The notes beneath the pieces were generated by a model that saw only the letters and a program-made list of their open reading frames with translations, made no database searches and was not told the origin of the DNA. From an uncultured bacterium (GTDB lineage: Bacteria; Bacillota_I; Bacilli_A; RFN20; CAG-826): a stretch of 63,338 nt of DNA. Shown here piece by piece: positions 59,996-63,338 of this stretch. The translations under genes were made by a program, and so were the position numbers. Numbering within the stretch: position 1 is the stretch's first letter; each line of letters starts with the position of its first letter. The stretch spans positions 1 through 63,338 of the forward strand of contig CASFZJ010000014.1 in NCBI GenBank assembly GCA_949299165.1, written 5' to 3'.

Positions 59996-60682
59996 ATGTA
60001 TTGTTCAAATTGTGGTTTAAATATCTCAAAAAAGATGATTGATAAAGCGTTAGATCAAGATACAAAACACGTTAATGATATCGAATATCTCGCTAAATCT
60101 TTACTTTCTACAAAAAAGAATGCTTTTAAAGAAGAATTAAAAGTCATTAAATACGAAGACAAAGAAAATTACAAAACAAGAAAAGTTGAGTTGTTAAATA
60201 AACTCAATGAAGAAGTTAAAGTAATTTCTGACAAATTAGATCAAAATGATTTAGCATACTTCCAAGAAGTACTTCATGTTAATGACAAAAGAAGTGTAAA
60301 TACTTTAGATTATTTTGTTTGTCCACGCTGTGGAAAAATCGTTAAACCTAATTTAACTGAAGGAGAGAGCAAAGCTTTAGCTCGCGCAGCTCACTCAGAA
60401 ATTCATAGAGGAAGAAACAATATTTCTTCTGGTATGTGTTCTTTAATGATTGGCTTAATTTTAGCAATCATTGGATTTATGTTCTTTGCTTTATCTTTTA
60501 AAGCAACAAATGGTGGAGTTTTAGATACAAGTTGTGTTGAATTCTATGTCTTCATCGTTTTAGTCGTTTTTGGTTTTGTTTTGATTGGCTATGGAATATT
60601 CAATTTCTTCTACGGCAGAAACAAAATCAACAACTATGAAACACTCCTCAAAGAGATGAATAACGGAGCGTTTCATCAATAA
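59996..60682 (+). CDS. Membrane protein with split zinc-ribbon and two C-terminal TMs
   Basis: YCSNCG at N-terminus, VCPRCG ~105 aa later, 2 hydrophobic helices. Confidence 0.7.
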   Translation: MYCSNCGLNISKKMIDKALDQDTKHVNDIEYLAKSLLSTKKNAFKEELKVIKYEDKENYKTRKVELLNKLNEEVKVISDKLDQNDLAYFQEVLHVNDKRSVNTLDYFVCPRCGKIVKPNLTEGESKALARAAHSEIHRGRNNISSGMCSLMIGLILAIIGFMFFALSFKATNGGVLDTSCVEFYVFIVLVVFGFVLIGYGIFNFFYGRNKINNYETLLKEMNNGAFHQ

Positions 60683-60786
60683 ATAAGTTATTTTTATTCG
60701 CTTTATATTTTATTTGTCTCAAAAAGATGTAATTCGAATATAAATATAAATTTAAAAAGAATTTTATAGATATTAAGGAGGAAATT

Positions 60787-63156
60787 ATGTCTAGAAAAAA
60801 ATTCAAAGGGGCTCTTCTAGCAGTTAGTTTATTAACATTCTGTGGATTTGCTACCGTTAGTTTAACATCCTGTGGTGACACTTATACTGGTGCAACTGTA
60901 GAAGGTGTTACAAGCGTATCTATTGCAAACAAAGATGAATTAATCGCTGATGGATGGCACGCTGGAACAGAAGGTAAAATGCTTGATTTAACTTTTGCTG
61001 GTGGCGAAGTTAACCAAAGAGAAGCTATGCAAAGTGGTGCACTCGAAATTACATCTTCAGATGATAAGGTTGCTAGCGTCAGTGGACTTTATATTTTACC
61101 TGTCGGCGAAGGAAAAGCTACAATTTCTGTAACAATCCATTCAAGTGAAGGACATTTTACAGATACAGTTGAAGTTAACATCTTATTTGCTTTAACAGAA
61201 CCAGAGCCAACAAAAATTACTGTTAAAGAATTATTAGCTCTTGATTATGAAGAATGGGAAAACTCAGTCATTCAACCTGTTTATGAAGTAACTGGTATCG
61301 TTGGTGATTGGTATCGTCCACCTGTTACAAAATATGGTAATTTCTATCTTCAAGATTTAGAAGATGAAAAATCACAAATTATTATCTATGGTTCTACAAC
61401 AAAAGAAGATGCATTAACATTTAATGCAGGAAAATGGAGTTTCAACAACCCACAAGACTTCCTTGGTGAAAATGATGAAACACCAGTTAAAAAAGGTGAT
61501 ACAGTTACTATGAAAGTTATGCTTGATAACTATAATGGTGTTAACCAAGCAATGGGCGTCTTCACTGACATTCAAAAAGCTCCAGTAATTCCTTATACAG
61601 ATATTACTCTTAAAATTGCTAATTCAACATTAAAGATTGGTGAAGCTACAAAGTTATCTCATACATTTGCTCCTGAAAATGCAAATACTGGCGAAATCAG
61701 TTACTCAATTGCAAGCCAAACTCCAGCAAAAACAACTGCAACTCAAGCAGAAGGTGATGAAGAAGAAGCTAAACCAGTTATTGACTTAGTCGATGATCGT
61801 GTTTATGGTTTAAATCCAGGAACAGCTACACTTGTTGCTAAAGGTGGAGATTTCACTTCAAAGCCAATTACAGTCACTGTTACTGAAGAAATGGTTACAT
61901 ATGGTAACATTCAAACAATCTATGATGATTTTGCTAACCAAAAAGGTAAACAAGTTTACTTTAGTGCAAATTATTTAGGCTCATACAAAGGTGAACAAAA
62001 CTATGGTTCATATGTTAACTATGGTGATTATGCAATTCTTCTTTATAAATTCAATATGCCAAGTGCTGTAAAAACAGGTAATGATGTTTACGTTACAGGT
62101 GAAGTTGATATTCATAATGGTTTAGTCCAAATTGCTGATGCACATATTATCAACCCTGGTAAATCTTTAAAAGTTCCTGGTGCAAGTAAACTTGACTTAG
62201 AAAAATTAGATGGTATTGACGGAAAAGATGCTAGTAGAGAAGCAACTGTTACTGGTAAGATTTCTGATTATGCTACTGATGATTATGATAACGTTACATT
62301 CAACGTTACAACTGCAAGTAATGCTAAAGTTTCTGTAAAAGCAGATACTAGATATACAAATGCAAATGAACTTCTTAAACTTAATTCACTTAAAGATGGT
62401 GATGAAGTTTCTTTAAAAGGTAATATTACATTTAATGTTGAAGATTTAGAAACTGTACCAACTGATGCTACTGGTTTACAACTTGTTAATTTAACTGTTA
62501 CATCTGATGTTGATGTTAAAATTGAAGCTACTTCAATTGCTGATACATATAAAGCTGGCGCAGGAAAATTAACTGCTGTTTATGGTAAATATATGGGTTC
62601 ATTCGCTGGCACAAAAAATAATGGATACTATATTGGTGATGGTGAATATGCTTTATATATTTATGGTGGTACTGCACCAGAAGGAACAAAAGTAGGTGAT
62701 GATTTAGTCGTTACAGGCGAAACAGATACTTACAATGGATTATTCCAAATTGCAAGAGGCTCTAAAGTTGTTAAAGATACTCAAGAAAGAGCAAAAGATC
62801 CTGTCGTTCTTGATATTACTGGCGACTTAACTGAAATTAATGGTCAAGATGCAAGTAGAGAAGCAACAATTTCTGGCACAATAACAGAGTATAAATTTGG
62901 CGCAAAAGATGAAGATCATGATTATGAAACAGTTACTTTAAAAGTAAGAAATGCTGCTAATGCAAGCGTAGAAGTTAGAATTGATTCTAGATATAGTTCA
63001 GCTGAAAACTTTGCTGCATTTAAAGCTTTACAAAAAGATGGAACTGTAAAAGTTAAAGGTAATATTTCATTCTTTAATAAAGATGCTGGCGATGGCGTCA
63101 TTAATAAAGATTCTAAAGGTCTTCAAATCGTTAATCCAACTTTAGTTACTGAATAA
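60787..63156 (+). CDS. Lipoprotein with Ig-like (Big_2-like) domains and tandem OB-fold-like repeats
   Basis: Lipobox LTS-C, SSDDKVASV..G.ATI, YGNFYLQD, G..V.VTG....NG..QI repeats. Confidence 0.8.
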   Translation: MSRKKFKGALLAVSLLTFCGFATVSLTSCGDTYTGATVEGVTSVSIANKDELIADGWHAGTEGKMLDLTFAGGEVNQREAMQSGALEITSSDDKVASVSGLYILPVGEGKATISVTIHSSEGHFTDTVEVNILFALTEPEPTKITVKELLALDYEEWENSVIQPVYEVTGIVGDWYRPPVTKYGNFYLQDLEDEKSQIIIYGSTTKEDALTFNAGKWSFNNPQDFLGENDETPVKKGDTVTMKVMLDNYNGVNQAMGVFTDIQKAPVIPYTDITLKIANSTLKIGEATKLSHTFAPENANTGEISYSIASQTPAKTTATQAEGDEEEAKPVIDLVDDRVYGLNPGTATLVAKGGDFTSKPITVTVTEEMVTYGNIQTIYDDFANQKGKQVYFSANYLGSYKGEQNYGSYVNYGDYAILLYKFNMPSAVKTGNDVYVTGEVDIHNGLVQIADAHIINPGKSLKVPGASKLDLEKLDGIDGKDASREATVTGKISDYATDDYDNVTFNVTTASNAKVSVKADTRYTNANELLKLNSLKDGDEVSLKGNITFNVEDLETVPTDATGLQLVNLTVTSDVDVKIEATSIADTYKAGAGKLTAVYGKYMGSFAGTKNNGYYIGDGEYALYIYGGTAPEGTKVGDDLVVTGETDTYNGLFQIARGSKVVKDTQERAKDPVVLDITGDLTEINGQDASREATISGTITEYKFGAKDEDHDYETVTLKVRNAANASVEVRIDSRYSSAENFAAFKALQKDGTVKVKGNISFFNKDAGDGVINKDSKGLQIVNPTLVTE

Positions 63157-63178
63157 TAACAATTTGCCTCTCAAAATA

Positions 63179-63200
63179 AGAGCTCCTAGCAAGGAGCTCT
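63179..63200 (+). terminator. Hairpin after last lipoprotein gene
   Basis: AGAGCTCCT-AGCA-AGGAGCTCT; no U-tract, so termination is uncertain. Confidence 0.45.
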
Positions 63201-63254
63201 GGTCCTTTACAAAATTTTAGGGTTTTGTAGGGTTTCACAAAAAAAATAGTTTGT

Positions 63255-63298
63255 TGGCAAATTAGGGTCACCGAATGAAATCGGGACCCTTTTTGCTA
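63255..63298. terminator. Long GC-rich hairpin, probable terminator
   Basis: GGCAAA..AGGGTC.CCGA/TCGG.GACCCT..TTTGCT. Confidence 0.5.
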
Positions 63299-63338
63299 GA
63301 ATAATACGAAAAAACGAGTTTTTATAAAAGCTTTACAA

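Noticed and set aside
63255-63298. c-di-GMP riboswitch (GGCAAA...GAAA...GGGAC)
   Set aside because: Folds as a single long hairpin, lacking the second stem and conserved GCAAA context

Overview
Very AT-rich chromosomal segment, most likely from a genome-reduced Bacilli lineage (Mollicutes-like, RFN20/RF39-type; inferred from gene content). It holds about 50 CDS. These cover a core block (ackA, nrnA, dnaE, polA, a mutM-coaE fusion, an inverted dnaB-dnaI pair, pfkA, pyk, T-box-thrS-ybaK), gpmA, upp, glgB-glgP, trxB, several ABC/MFS transporters and surface lipoproteins. A long operon couples a CUT1-type ABC importer to a thermonuclease lipoprotein and an OB-fold lipoprotein. There are five tRNAs (Ala-GGC, Asp-GTC, Phe-GAA, Gly-CCC, Lys-CTT). 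I saw no integrase, transposase, CRISPR array or rRNA. Two things stand out. (1) At 39.4-40.3 kb there are two tandem non-coding cassettes. Each has a 17-bp closing inverted repeat, an identical 100-bp structured core and a variable slot. The slot matches the nearby tRNA-Asp gene in one copy and the tRNA-Phe gene in the other, and each cassette is preceded by a strong SD plus a two-codon mini-ORF. This is a candidate undescribed scaffold+guide RNA system. (2) In-frame CGG codons fall at conserved Trp positions, indicating CGG->Trp recoding, so the supplied translations are probably wrong at CGG. Several dispersed intergenic motif families are also present. All calls were made by eye, with no database searches.
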